A stretch of DNA of 64,000 nt, taken from contig NW_027272318.1 of assembly GCF_040938485.1 (NCBI RefSeq), positions 62,001-126,000 on the forward strand. Reading direction: 5' to 3'. Position numbers and translations under genes: made by a program. The stretch comes from Diadema antillarum. Its lineage: Eukaryota. The first letter of the stretch is position 1. The number at the start of each line of letters is the position of its first letter. Under the pieces are notes generated by a model. It did not search any database. It was not told the DNA's origin and was given only the letters and a program-made list of their open reading frames with translations. Shown piece after piece: positions 23,501 to 36,492 of this stretch.

Positions 23501-26500
23501 TCTAACCCGATTTCGATTCTGTTTGCTTTTTGTGATGGCACTAGGTGAGGGCTTCAAAACTTCTACACAGAATTTTGACCTTTGACTTCTTTGACCTTTG
23601 ACCTTGATTTTTTACCGATATTGTACATTTTGCTACTAAATACTACTTCCGGTGGGGACATATTTTACGCACCGCGTAATTTCTACTTTTCCTTGTTTTC
23701 AATGTTTTCATATTTTTTTTCACAACTGATGCACACATTTATTAGACACAAACATTTACTCATGAGCAACATAAATATCTGCCAAGTACATGTCAGTACT
23801 TTAGAAGAATTCATTCTGCATTTTTACTTTTATAGATACGATACCTCGTCTTGCATGTCAGAGTGAAGGTCGCCCACAGACGAAAGTTCAACAGCAATGG
23901 AGAGGAAATCGAACCAAACATGGACAACACACAGAAAGTCAACACTGGTTATCTCATGTCATCCTACAGTAAGATTCCCCCCTCCCCCTTTTTTTTCTGT
24001 GATTGTGTGTGTGTGTGTGTGTGTGTTTGGTTTTGTTCCTTTTTTTTCTTGTTTTTCAATGATCAGCTACTTTTCATCATCAGCTCAAAAGTGACTTTAT
24101 TGTCCCCGCCGAACGAGTGAATTTTTGGTGAATACAGCATGAACTTTGTTGCAGCTTTGTTACTTATCTTTTTATCTTGCCANNNNNNNNNNNNNNNNNN
24201 NNNNNNNNNNNNNNNNNNNNNNNNNNNNNNNNNNNNNNNNNNNNNNNNNNNNNNNNNNNNNNNNNNNNNNNNNNNNNNNNNNNNNNNNNNNNNNNNNNNN
24301 NNNNNNNNNNNNNNNNNNNNNNNNNNNTCAAGTTTTACCCTTTGTTAGCTTCAGTGGACAGCTGCTGTCACGGCGGATTCACATTTTCTTTTTCCTGACA
24401 GAGGTTGAAGCCAAGGGGCTAACTGACCACCTGACCCAAACCCAGCTTCAGTCCATGGTCAGCAAACCTGCCCTGGAGGCCCTCACAAGAAAACACATGC
24501 CAGCGGGATGTCTGGCCTTCTGGATGACCGAGCAAGAGCTGGTGGACTTGGAACTTGAGGATGGTGATACCGTCAAACTCAGAACCAAGGGGGATGGACC
24601 TTTCTTGGGTATGTCCAACATACACTATATTAATGCCCAGGGAAATGAAAGAGCAAAGCCTTAAGCCTTAAAGCCTTATTTTTTATAATTTAGTTTAAAG
24701 GGGCATAGTCCCGGTAGTGTAGAGGGCGCTGTTGATGATACTGCCGATCACCGTTAGCATTGATATGAAGATTACCGAAGTTGAGCTGTCATCAAGAGTA
24801 TAGTGCGTAGGTGTTGCTAAGTAACGTTGCCTTTGTTGTCTTCTCTGCACATCGCGCAGTCTGTAGTAATGCCAGGGTGCATGCATATGTGCTTCTTATT
24901 GTGACATCACAAAAGAAGTTTACTAAAGCTGTCTTCCCCCTCAGCCGAATCATGAACTGAACTGTGATCGGACCACTGACTACAGTTAATCAGACTTCTT
25001 CAGACTTGGGGAAGTGGGCCAAAGCGTAAGCGCTAAAGAGGAGTCGAGAGCGTAGGTCTCTATAGGAAACTTGCGCTGTGTGCCCGTGTACGCATTTGAC
25101 TAAAACACCGGGACCATGCACCTTTAAACACTGTGTCCCCATTTTACAGAGTAAGTGCAGGATCTGTCTCCCCAATTTCATTCAGTCTAAATCAAGCTCA
25201 TGAGTTTTATATGATGCTGTGTATTTGTTATGTTAATGTAATTGGTATTTGTATTGTTAGAATGTTCATATAATGTATGTTGTTTGATGTAATTTACATG
25301 TTTTTTAATGTGATGCATTATAATTTAGCCTTCGGGCTACTACTTTGCATGTTTGTTCTAATAAACCATTATCAAATCAAATCGAAGTATATATTTGATA
25401 TTGTAATTTGCATCAAAAAGTGTCAAGACAGTTTTCATATTTGGCCTCCCTAAATAATGAAGTAATTTCCCTTTATTACAGTTCACATAGCATTTAGTAG
25501 CTTTACTTAGTCAACTACTGAGCAAGTGATATCATCCCTGCTTCAGAAAAATGGAAACCATGAGGCGGCCAGGCTTTGGTTGCCCTATAATTCAAAATGT
25601 GCTTATGAAAAATCATCATGCTGCCAGTGCTGCTTGACAAGTTTGACATCAAATAGAGCATATTCCATTTTGTGTCATGCAGAAAGCCTGAAATGGAAAT
25701 GTAAAAGAATGTGGGCAATGGACACTGCATTCTATTTTCAAGTGTTTTGTAAAAGATGATTAATCTCTAGCATGTCTCAATGCCTTAGCTTTTGCATGAA
25801 GCAAACACCCTAACATTCAAACACCAAAGATTACTCGGTGTCAAACGCAATTGAAGTAATAGTTACTGTTGTTCTTATATGCATAAAGACGGAATGTTTA
25901 TTTTTGCTTTGTTACTAATATATTTGTTTTGTTAAATTGTATACCTACTTCCTCTCCTTGGTTTGCCTTCATTTTGTGCAGACTCAGTGGGCAAACTGGA
26001 CACTGTCACAAAAGAAATGACCACTATGGCCGGTTCGGGACAAGTCGGTGTGTCCTGGACTGACAAGATCATGACAGTCAAGTCACAAAATCTGCCTGAT
26101 CCAAAGCCTTTGGAGGAGGAGAATGAAGGAGCCGGGGATGATGAATGGGTGAGACAGTGTCTGCAATATCCACAAGGATTCAAATTTATGAATTCTTGCA
26201 TCGAGTTGTTTTTATTGCAGTAGATTGACAAATCACCCTACATCAATGTAAATAAGTGGTGATTGAACAGTCTTTTTTAATAGTAGTAGCCAGGACGTAG
26301 GGCAGTTTACCAGTCAGTTCCAATAAAAACAACTCAATCCAAGAATTCATTAATTTGAATAATTGCACAGTACCTGCTGCATGCAGTTAGGATAACAACT
26401 AGTACTGACTGTCAGGCAGAAGCTTGGTGGTCAAGTAGACATGATACCTCTCTAGTAATCAGGAGATCATTGGTTCGAATCCAGCCCGAGTGTGTATGCC

Positions 26501-27131
26501 CATGATTTCTTTGTCATTTTTTACTACTAAAACACTGATTAATCTGTGTTTATCAACGTCGATGTACGGCAATATGTCAATCAATTACGATCTTCAAGGA
26601 TGTTTCCATGATAAGATTGTTGATTATGAATTCAAATCAATTTACCCTTCTAAATATCTAATGAGCAGGCATCGCCACATTGTACAAAGTGCTGTATGGC
26701 ATGATAACTGGAAAAAAAAAGAGATTTTTTTTTATTTTTTTATTTTTTTCCAATATTAAGTTTTAAAATTATTGCAGATTAACATGTGACCACTCTTGAT
26801 AAACTCAAACATGGTATTACAAGTAATTGTAATAGGTTATGAGTTTATTAGTGAAATGCATAAGCTACATAATAATGTGCTCAAATATTGTTCTCTCTGT
26901 ATGCTCAAATGGTTCTAAGCTATACAGGAATTTTAAGTGTCACAGCTTAAGTGTACTAGGAGAGCTTTATCAACTGAAGTGCCAGTAATTTTCTGAAAGC
27001 TATCACAAAAAAAAAAATGGATTTATAGGAATGTACCCATATCATGCAGCCATTACCGATTAATTTCTTCACATTTACAGTTGTATCATATACAGAAAAT
27101 TTTCCTATCCTTGTCATTTCAGGACGACTGA
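20545..27131 (+). CDS. ARPIN: Arpin, Arp2/3 complex inhibitor (227 aa, 6 coding exons)
   Basis: Exons: 20545-20636 (GC donor), 22306-22381, 23836-23968, 24402-24608, 25982-26148, 27123-27131 (GAC GAC TGA); 684 nt in total. The start MSRIYH, the motifs HRRKFNSNGEEIEPN, KVNTGYLMSSYKVEAKG, KLRTKGDGPFLDS and SWTDKIM, and the acidic tail GAGDDEWDD* are all typical of Arpin. Confidence 0.95.
21156..22121. mobile_element. hAT-like host MITE interrupted by the 21290-21871 element
   Basis: The right end GAGACTTGGTAGCTCTG is CAG-type; the interior rejoins across the TSD; the left end is decayed and approximate. Confidence 0.45.
21290..21871. mobile_element. Mutator-like element with subterminal AAAACGTCCCC repeats
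   Basis: Inverted clusters of AAAACGTCCC / GGGACGTTTT at the two ends; 9-bp TSD GTCCGCCCC / GTCCGCCCT (21281-21289, 21872-21880). Confidence 0.75.
22422..23686 (+). mobile_element. Helentron-associated (HINE/DINE-1-like) element carrying a 157-158-bp tandem array
   Basis: Subterminal IR TGTCCCCGCCG (22423) / CGGTGGGGACA (23650), a (GTCC/GTCT)n microsatellite at about 22490-22530, a 3' stem-loop TTACGC-ACC-GCGTAA (23665-23679) and T-rich flanks. Confidence 0.75.
22600..23640 (+). repeat. Tandem array, about 6.5 units of 157-158 bp
   Basis: The marker GGCACTAGGTGAGGGC recurs at 22750, 22908, 23065, 23223, 23380 and 23537. Confidence 0.95.
24183..24327. other. Assembly gap (145 N) in ARPIN intron 3
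   Basis: N run. Confidence 0.95.
24699..25123. mobile_element. Kolobok-like MITE
   Basis: TIR AGGGGCATAGTCCCGGT / ACCGGGACCATGCACCT (15/17) with TTAA on both sides. Confidence 0.75.
25200..25383 (+). mobile_element. 3' tail of a non-LTR retroelement (LINE/SINE)
   Basis: TAGCC-TTCG-GGCTA stem-loop (25326-25339), AATAAA (25360) and an (AAATC)n tail; 5' boundary approximate. Confidence 0.5.
26422..26491 (+). other. tRNA-derived SINE head or tRNA pseudogene in ARPIN intron 5
   Basis: A-box-like TGGTCAAGTAG, B-box GGTTCGAATCC and GCTTGG/CCGAGT acceptor-like pairing; the stems are imperfect. Confidence 0.45.
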
Positions 27132-30100
27132 TGTCAGCTGTTCTTCTCCATATAATCCCCATGAAGCCCAAGTCAAGGATATAAAGAGAATCAGACAGAA
27201 TGAGTAATATCAAATAACTGCACTATACTAATATAGTATGTACTATTCAAATTTTGAATATAAAAATCTCAGGTTCTAATTCTGCAGACAGAACTCCTTT
27301 TTTGTGACAAGATTTGAGTATTGATCTATTTTACACGTTTGTGCCAAGCTCTGATGTATATACATATAAAACACAGAAAGTACAAAGTAGTGTAATAACC
27401 AGTACAATTGACACTTGTCATAACAAGCTCCATATGACCAGTAAAATCGCTCTGTTATATCTTTTTTTTTTTCAGAGTTTGAAAAGCAATAGAATACAAA
27501 GAAATTTATTCTGTAACTTTGGGGCAAGATACATGTGTACTAGTATCAGCATTCTCTATAGCTTACAAGTGTACTTACAGCTTGATGACTAAGATCAGAG
27601 AACTCAAATGGAAGATATTTCTTGCCATGTGCTGATGTAGAGTATTAAATCTTATTTTGAGACTTGTACTTCACTACCAGTACACATCATTTGTATTGTT
27701 CATCCCAGTACTGACCAAATTGTATGAACTGTGCACATGCCTAGATATGATAGATAAGTCAATATTTTGTTAACCCAAAAAAGTACTGAACTTTTCAAGT
27801 ACAATTCCTATGATTTCATGCATGTTTAAAACAATTTAGAAATGTTTGTGTTTATTGTGTAAGGAGTCCATTCTATTCATTAGTTGTCGTTGTTGGTCTG
27901 TCAAATGTGGCGTGTTTTTATCACCATGTTCATAATTTAAAAACTTAAGAACTGTTGCATAAAGTGATGCTGGATTTTAGACTTCTTTGAAAATTTGCTC
28001 TGAAAGCATGCATCCATGATTTGAACTGTTTGTATGTCTCTTTTACTGGTATTTACAGTATGTTTGTTTATATTTTGAATATGCCCTTTGCATAGTGAAA
28101 ACAAAAAGTGATCTGATTGTTTTCGGCAACATTATCAAAAGTGTTCATTATGAATTAGAGTGTTGATTTCAATGGAATGAAAATAGTGCTATCATATGAA
28201 GTACAAGAAGGCATTACTGCTTGTAGGACCACTTGGAACTCCTTTGATCATATCATTCAGTAGGTGGTAAAACTCTGAAGTGATATTCTATACATTTTTA
28301 GGTGTAGATTTCATGTGATTTTTTTTTCCTGTTGACCTAGGCCCTACTCACTTGACCTATGGAATGCCTTAAATCATGGGGCAATGAAAAACGAAGGTAC
28401 TGAACTTGTTAACTAATCATTTAAAAGCTATTTTCACAATGAATAGCTACCAAAGTAGTCACATTTGTATTTATAAAGAGTCGCCAGAGCACTTGCCTTC
28501 AGTCGCAAGTGTCTACATTCAGGTCTTCCAAAATATCACCTGGGCAGTATTGGCAGAAGTCTGCACAGGTCTCCAACAAAAATTTGTTATGTTCTGTACA
28601 TAATACATGTACCACTTGTGGTGAAAATGTTGTACAGTGTAGCTTCATTAACTTGTCTAAGTATGACTACCAGCACATCAATTTCATTGCTACATTTAGT
28701 GCCTAATTTTGAAGAAATTCTTAGTGTATGAATCAAACAGAGGGTACCCATATTCTTCAACATGAGATGAAAGTAACTTTGTAGGGCATAGTTCTGTTGT
28801 TTCCATTTGAATTGTAATTTTCTGCATATTTAGACATTTTACTTGTGAAGGTCATCACTGAAATAGCCACTATATCAAATCTGCTGATTCAAAGAACTGT
28901 GTAAAATGTTATAGGGCAAGGGAGTAGTTGCAATATTATGTTTTTGTGTTAATATTTTTCTTTCTACAGAACCAGAGTGACAGTACATAGCTATATCAGA
29001 CCTTCAAAAATATATTAGCTTGTTGAGAGGATGATTATCACAAGTGCAAAACTTGTCCTTAGCTACATTGTAGTTCACACGAAAGAATACTCGGTACCAA
29101 CATTTTCTGCCAGTACATTTAAAACACATTTTTATTCAAAAACCAGAAACATGTATCGCTCATAAAGATGAGTGTAGTTTACCATAAAACAGTACACATC
29201 TACCATTTTTCTTAAAGCTACTTGTACAACGGTACTATCTAACACCATGAGTAAGACTTTGTCATTATACACATACCATTGCTCATATATATATGTACTA
29301 CAGTTGGATATAATCTCATGTGTATATATACACAGATATATTGTCATATTCAGAATAAAGTATCTTTTATATCTTTGCAAAGATGAAACAAAAACTTGAT
29401 CATGTGCAGTGTATGCTGAACGAAATGTTCTGAAAATTGGCCTGGAGGAATGAAAGATGGGTGTGTAAAATGCACTATTGCATAATGCTGAGAGAGTTGG
29501 TGTAGATACTCCTTACCAACTGACCGAGTGCATTTTATATTTGAAGGCAACTATCTTTGCTTTGTCTCCCAAGTCAGGGCTGCAGGGAAGGTACATGCAT
29601 TAAGACAATAGCTATCACAACAGCGTCCGAGTGACCACATTTAAATTTAACGGTTCTACCCAATGTATATTCTCTGTGCTCATGCATGGTTTTGCTGTGT
29701 GGCCTCACAAACCGTACGCCTTGCTTGTGTGAATGTTGCTGCATCAGGACAAAGGCCCAATGCTCACAACTGGTCAGTCATGACTTTATATACATGTACC
29801 TTTAAAGTCGGTCAACACTTCTTCTTTTTTTTTCTAGGGGTAGGGAATTCCACTTGTAGCCAAGGGAAAAAAAAGAATCACTCGACAATGATAGCAGTTG
29901 GTTGGATCAGATCCACAGCAATAGCCTGCATGGCTCATTCCCGATAATAGTGGACGATGAGTTCAAACAACTATAGCTAGTAATGATCAAGAGGTTTCAG
30001 ATGCTGTTTTTACTGAGATTAAAATTATTACACACATCCAGAAATGAATTTTGCATTGCATTTTAAACTCCAAATGTGCAACATGCACTTGGACATGGCA

Positions 30101-32441
30101 TCTCCTCCAACACTGGTCAACATTTTTAATATGATGTACATGCGGCAGTGTGACAAGTGTGGGAAACTGGGATAAGGAAAAGTCCCAACTAGGCGTTTTG
30201 AATGGAATAACTGCCATTACTTTAAAAGCATGTGCTTTAAAAAAAAATAATTGCTGAGCAGTAGCATGTACCTTCATTTTTTTTTTTGAACGAAGACCAA
30301 TAACAAATCTAAAATCTAATATTAGTCATTTCTGAGGGTGTGAACAAGCATCTGCTGACTAATATCAGGTTATTCTCAGTTAAAGAGAAAATAACAGCTA
30401 CACCTGCATCTAATGAGATCTTAGTGTGAAATGGTAGCAAGCTTTACACCCAATAAATGCCAGTTTGACTCACATGACATTGTATTTTTAATTGGTTCTC
30501 AGAACTGCTCATCTTGGAAATGATAGCCTTAACACAATGACAAAATAACAAAGAAAAAAAAAGGAAAAAATGTAAGAGGAGTCCCAACTTTCTTTGTTTT
30601 GGAATAATTTATACATGTATTCACTATCAAAAAACACAAACTATGATGCTTGCACAAGTGATGTCTACAATGACTTTCCAACAGTCACACTGAGATTGAG
30701 CATCACAAGAAATAAACCCTTTCCCGTTTGGCTACTTTCTTCACCCTCCACCTTCTTTTTAAACACTTTTACATGCACTGCATAAGTACAAGTACTGACA
30801 ATATGCACAGTGTGGAATGAGAAGCACTACATTCCATACTGCACTTACAAGCCTGGTTGATATTGAGGAAAAGTACATGCTACATAGTAAATACTGCTGA
30901 GAATGTAATCTCACATTCTTTTTTTTCATAATGTAGCTGACCTAACCTCTTCAGCAGCAATATATACTAACACAACTGTAAACAATTTTGGTGAAATCTG
31001 TGCTTAAGTATTAATACTATCACAACATAACAAAAAAAAAATTATAACAGGACTATTTGGAGATTGTTGACAGAAGTACTCTAATCTTGGAAATCACATA
31101 CCCATGAACTTCCTGGGAAATAACCCAGTGCAAAAGTTTGCACATTCACAGCATTCCAGAGGACATTGGAATGCAAATCTTAATTCACACTAGTACAGGG
31201 CACATTTCAATAATTAACATTTCATTTCCCTATGCAGTAACGCTACAGCATAGTGAATATGCTGTTGATATGAGTTGCACTGGTTGTAACTTGTGAAATA
31301 CTGATAAACTAAAACAATTTGATACATATGGGGGATTTATAGAGAACATGAAATAAGCTACTAAATATATCATCTTTTCTTGCATTCCATCAACCAAGAG
31401 TCTCTACAATGATAATGATATGCTGCATAACTGCAAAAAAAGACCCATTTTACAGTGAATATGGAGCAATGTTACACTTCTTGGGATACTGTAAAACCAG
31501 AAATTTGGGCATGAATGAAGCTTTTGCAAATTTTGCAAGAAGCCAACATTCACACGAGTTCTCACACACACAATGCATTGAATGCCAGTACAATACTGTA
31601 TACTATCATGGTCGGCCACTTACTAATAATTCACGCTGTGAAAAAGACCATCGGCTCCAATTCAAAACAATTTTATGCCTTTAATGTTTCTGGTTATACA
31701 GTATACAGATGACCACACATGACCCATCTTAGTCACAAACATTATACAAATTTGTGTCATGATCTGTCTCTATCGGGCTTATTACAGGCACAACATATGT
31801 ACCTGCACTATCTGCAGCTCCGCTGGCCACAAACCATCTATCCAAGAGGGTCATTAACAGAGTTGCGCACTGATTGAAAACATGTTGCGATGATTCTGGT
31901 CTGCTCCTGTGTGCTCTTTTTGACAACATGACTCTGTTCAGGAACAATGTGGCTTCTTAAAAAAATGGTTCAGCATCCACAGGAATTCACATACTAGTGT
32001 GCATGCTCAACATTCCCTGCAAAATCTGTTTGGTAAGAGTATCAACAGCGCAGAACCAGATTGTTTTGTTTGTCTGTTTGTTTGTTTTACATACACAAGG
32101 TATAATATGAGCACGGTGTTGTCCAATGTATCATGAAGGAACTTTTCTGACCAGAGCATGAATTTGCGATGTCCTACAACATTTCATGATCTCCCAATGA
32201 GAAGGCTATGATAGTCCTTCTGCTCAGATCTCTCTCAAAACATTTCTTATTCTCAATGCATTTCATTACCTACACACTTTTCCATTTCGAAAAACCCATT
32301 CACACTGCACCAACAAAATAGTTCAAACTTAATATATTTCAAATGGTACACCATTTCTTGACATCAAAATATACTGTAGCATGATATGTAAATATACATG
32401 TACATCTCTACTATTTTTCTCCTAAATCCTATGTCTCAGCA

Positions 32442-35400
32442 CTATGAGTCGAAGAGTAAATCTTCGTCTGCGTCGTCGTCGATGAGGTTCCGGACATCGC
32501 CGTCTGCGCCGGCCGCCTGCCTCAGCTTCTTGCGTTCCTCCTCCTTGGCCTTCAAAATCTTCTTCTTCTCCTGGATCTTCTTCAGACGGTAGAACTCCTC
32601 CCTCTCCCGCTCGTCCAGTTCCGTGGTGATGTACGAGATAGTGTTCTCGATCTTGGGGATGATTACTGTGGAATACAGAAGGGAGACACGCAAACCCTGC
32701 CTGTCAGTATGAAGACACAGTGCGGCAGAACAGACACTGCTTTGATTGGATCTATTACAAATGTACCTTATAATCACTTCATACTTTTGAAGGAAATCTT
32801 TACATATAGTCTGTACATACATACATACATACATACATACATTCATATTGTTGCACTCAAACATACAGTGCATACATATAATCACAAGATTTGCAAATTA
32901 TCTCAAATACATATCAATGAAAGTTAAAAGGGTTGTACAGGGCTGCACTCTCACCCATTTTTTTCTACCAGTGCAAACTTTCTGTTAGGCCAGTAGATAC
33001 CCAATTTTTCCAGTTTTTACTGGTCCATTCCTGAAAAAGTTACTGGTCCGACAGTGATTTTTACTGGTCAGAGATCGTCGGACTAGTGCCAGGGTGCAGC
33101 GTTGGGTTGCCAATGGACAGCTAAAACCAGAAGGGTACACACACAACAATATAATGGTCAAGAGGAAACTTAAATACTGAATAAAACTTGAGAGTAAAAA
33201 CGCACCATGTTCAATAGCATTGACACGCCTGTTTGTGATCTTAATGACCTCATCGAGGGTGACGAATGACGTCTGTAGCGAGGCCAGCTCGACCAGGAGC
33301 TCGATGGCCTTGGCGTAGTTCTTCTTCAGTCGATCCACCTGCTGCCCTCCCCGTGACAGACCAGTCAGCTCATAAGCTTTGAAGGGAAGATAAGGTGGCA
33401 AGATATTAATCTCGAGTTGGATCATATCTGTCGATTACCTGTAAGCTGCTCTTCGGCACATAACGTATGTTATAAAATACAATCATCTTACAACAAGAGG
33501 AAAAGATCTTCATTTCCATTAGTCAAGACTGTTCTTCAGACCAATCTGGTTTAAAATTTGTTGAAAGCTAGTAGAATTTTGCTTTCTTCCTTTCAAAAAC
33601 CTTTAAGAAATCTATTCTATCATTTTCTTAAATATAAGACAATAATTACTTAGGAGTTGTTATGTAGTCTGCCTACAGCTTGGTTGTAAGTTGCATAGAG
33701 AATGAATTAATGATTATTATGCCCTAAATAAATCACAATTCTTGTTATTGTTATTCCTGAAATAGTCCTGGATAGTCCTATAGTGTCCCTCATCCCTTCA
33801 TGGGTTTTGAGTGCTGATGGGCACAGAAAACCCCATAGCTTTGTACATACTGTGCAAAGTTCCTGGCACAGAATGGGTTAAACAGCTGCAGTAATCAGTA
33901 CAGCACAAGGCACAAAATACCCCATGGCATATCTATGCCTCGGGTTGAGACAATATGATAATTGTACGGGAGGAAAGGGAAAATATACCTTCACGTTCCT
34001 AAATTGCTGCTGTGTTTCTCTGTACAAATGTCTACATTTGATTAGCCACGCTAATTCAAACAAATGATGCAATAAGGAGATGATGCAAAAATTTAAAGAG
34101 ATGATACAACAGGGAATAACTTTCAAACTCAAATTTGATTAGCAATTTCAGCTGATGAAAAATATCTCCAATGATATCCTGTACACTTCTATGTAAGAAA
34201 ACTGCTACACAAAAGTTAGTTTGTGTAGCAGTGGTGTAAAAAAGCATAGCAAATTGCGATGCGATACCAGGAAAATTATTCCCTGCACAATGAAATATAA
34301 ACATACAATATAGCAAACTCTTCTCTCATGACCAAATCATGAAACAAACTCCATTTGTAATTGGTCTGTTAGGCAAGCCAAGGCTTGACATTGGCAGTTG
34401 GCCTGGTGGCCGATGGCCACTAAGAATTGATGTTGGGCCACCAAATTTCCAAAAAGGCTATCATTTGGGGTTTAATGTCATTTGCTCCTGCGACAATTGC
34501 CATGGTCTTATTTTCTTGAAGGACTTAGCGTTAGGGTTGTGATGGGGTTTTAAGTCTAGTTTGATTTGAGGATTAGGATTAGGGTAAGGGTTTATGTTTG
34601 TGGGTGGAATTTACGGTTGGCTTAGAGCGCAGATATTTCGCAGGAGCAACTGTCGCAGAAGCAAGCGTCATGGAACCATCGTTTGGTGGCCCAATTGGGC
34701 ACCTACGATTTGAAATGGATTGCTATGTTTCCATTAATTTTGGGCCACCAAAACTTCATATTAAAGGTTTAGATGGTCGAATGGGCCATAAGAGGGGAAA
34801 AAATGGCATTGTTGAGTCCTGGTTGACTATATTTTTTTTTTGTTTGAGCTACTGATTAAGCCACATGGGAGAGAACCTGGGTGCCATTATCTTTCCACTC
34901 ACTGTCTGCTCCATCGGTGTAATGTTCAAAGACTGGCAAGTTGACTCCGGCCACGTTTTCCCTCTTTGACCTGACCTTGGTCTGTGCCTTGGTGACATTC
35001 TGCAGGACATTGTGGCTACAAAGGAGTTAAATGACAGTGGAAGGATGAGTAATTGATGCAACAAGTCTTCCAGTGAATTGCTATATATAGCAAAGATATT
35101 GTCCATTACAAAGAGAGAGACATTAATCAGTTTATGCATTTCTAATCTCTTTTTCCTTACACAGCTTTCTCCCTTCAACACAGAAAGACTTTTAACGTAA
35201 TGTACAGTTTCTCTTTTCTTTCTTTTTTCTCAATGTTTCTTTAATTTGCGCTTTTATTATCTACAAAAGTACAACTCTCGTGGATACTAGCATTATTACC
35301 ACATAGAATAATTTCAGTTCATGAGACTCTGTATGAACAATATGGGTTCCATGCAGCAAAAATTAAACAAAAGTCTTAGCATGCAGATTCAAATAATTTT

Positions 35401-36431
35401 CTTCTGCTCTAATGAGTAATATCATGACAGAAACTTTTTTTTATACGCCTAGAACTACAGCTGTGTATTGCTACATACAAAATTCAAGACCTGAAAGAAA
35501 TAATCACAGTAGTGAAAGCTTTACAACATATGATATGTATATACTCGATTAGGAGATTCACTAAAATGCTGAATTTACTATTTAGAAGGATAAAAATGTC
35601 ATAAAAAATGGTCCAAATTACCTGATGTCCCCCATGGCAAACTTGGCTTCAGCAAGTGACAGTGATGCCAGCTTCATGGCTTCTCCCATTAATGTTTTGT
35701 TCTATGCAAAGAGGAAAAGTTAAACAGAAAGATTTCATCAATTCAATAAAGGTATTCTAGACAACAGCTGGATGCATGTCAGACATGTTTGATATAGTTT
35801 TTCCCACAAGGTAAGGGTTCTAATATAACAAATACCAATGTACAGGAAACAAGGAAAAGGTTCTTGTTAGACTATCAAATCTTGTTGACAGCTTAAAACA
35901 CTGTGCTGACTCACAAACTGAGAATGTGGGATTGAAGTTTAGAAGTAAAAATCATTACCCAGCTTCTTTTTTTTCACATTTCAACTTAAAGGCATGTCAT
36001 TGGATCATGCCATAAGAAGACACTGGGTGTCAAACAGCAAAACATGAGCAAATATAGTGATTACAAAGTTGTACTGTTTTTGTGTCGTTATGCATATTAA
36101 AATGTTTTGCTGCATTTTTCTTATATTTTTATTCAAAATGAAATGAAAATGAAAATGAAACTTGGGTACCTGTCATACCTGCTCAAGTTGCTCAGTTATA
36201 ATATCAATTGTACTTTGGAAATCATACAAAATGTATCTTTGTTTTCCACACATCTTTGATGCAATGTGACCATGACACTACTTTTATCTACAAAATAATT
36301 TAAATGTTTTAGATGATACCCTACGTACATCTTTTAACTTCAATTCCAAATTTGCAGCTGGTCATTCACTAAAAGGTCTTCCATACATGCACAAACACAA
36401 GAACATATGCATGATTACACACTGCTGTCTA

Positions 36432-36492
<61 letters not shown>

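Noticed and set aside
22600-23640. CRISPR-like array
   Set aside because: The units are contiguous near-identical monomers with no unique spacers, in a eukaryotic intron.
26149-26400. ARPIN ending by read-through (WVRQC...) or at nearer acceptors
   Set aside because: The acceptor at 27122 has a strong pyrimidine tract and gives the expected acidic EWDD* end.
27132-32441. Additional gene between ARPIN and ATP6V1D
   Set aside because: I found no phase-consistent exon chain or recognisable peptide; the region looks like convergent 3' UTRs and intergenic DNA.
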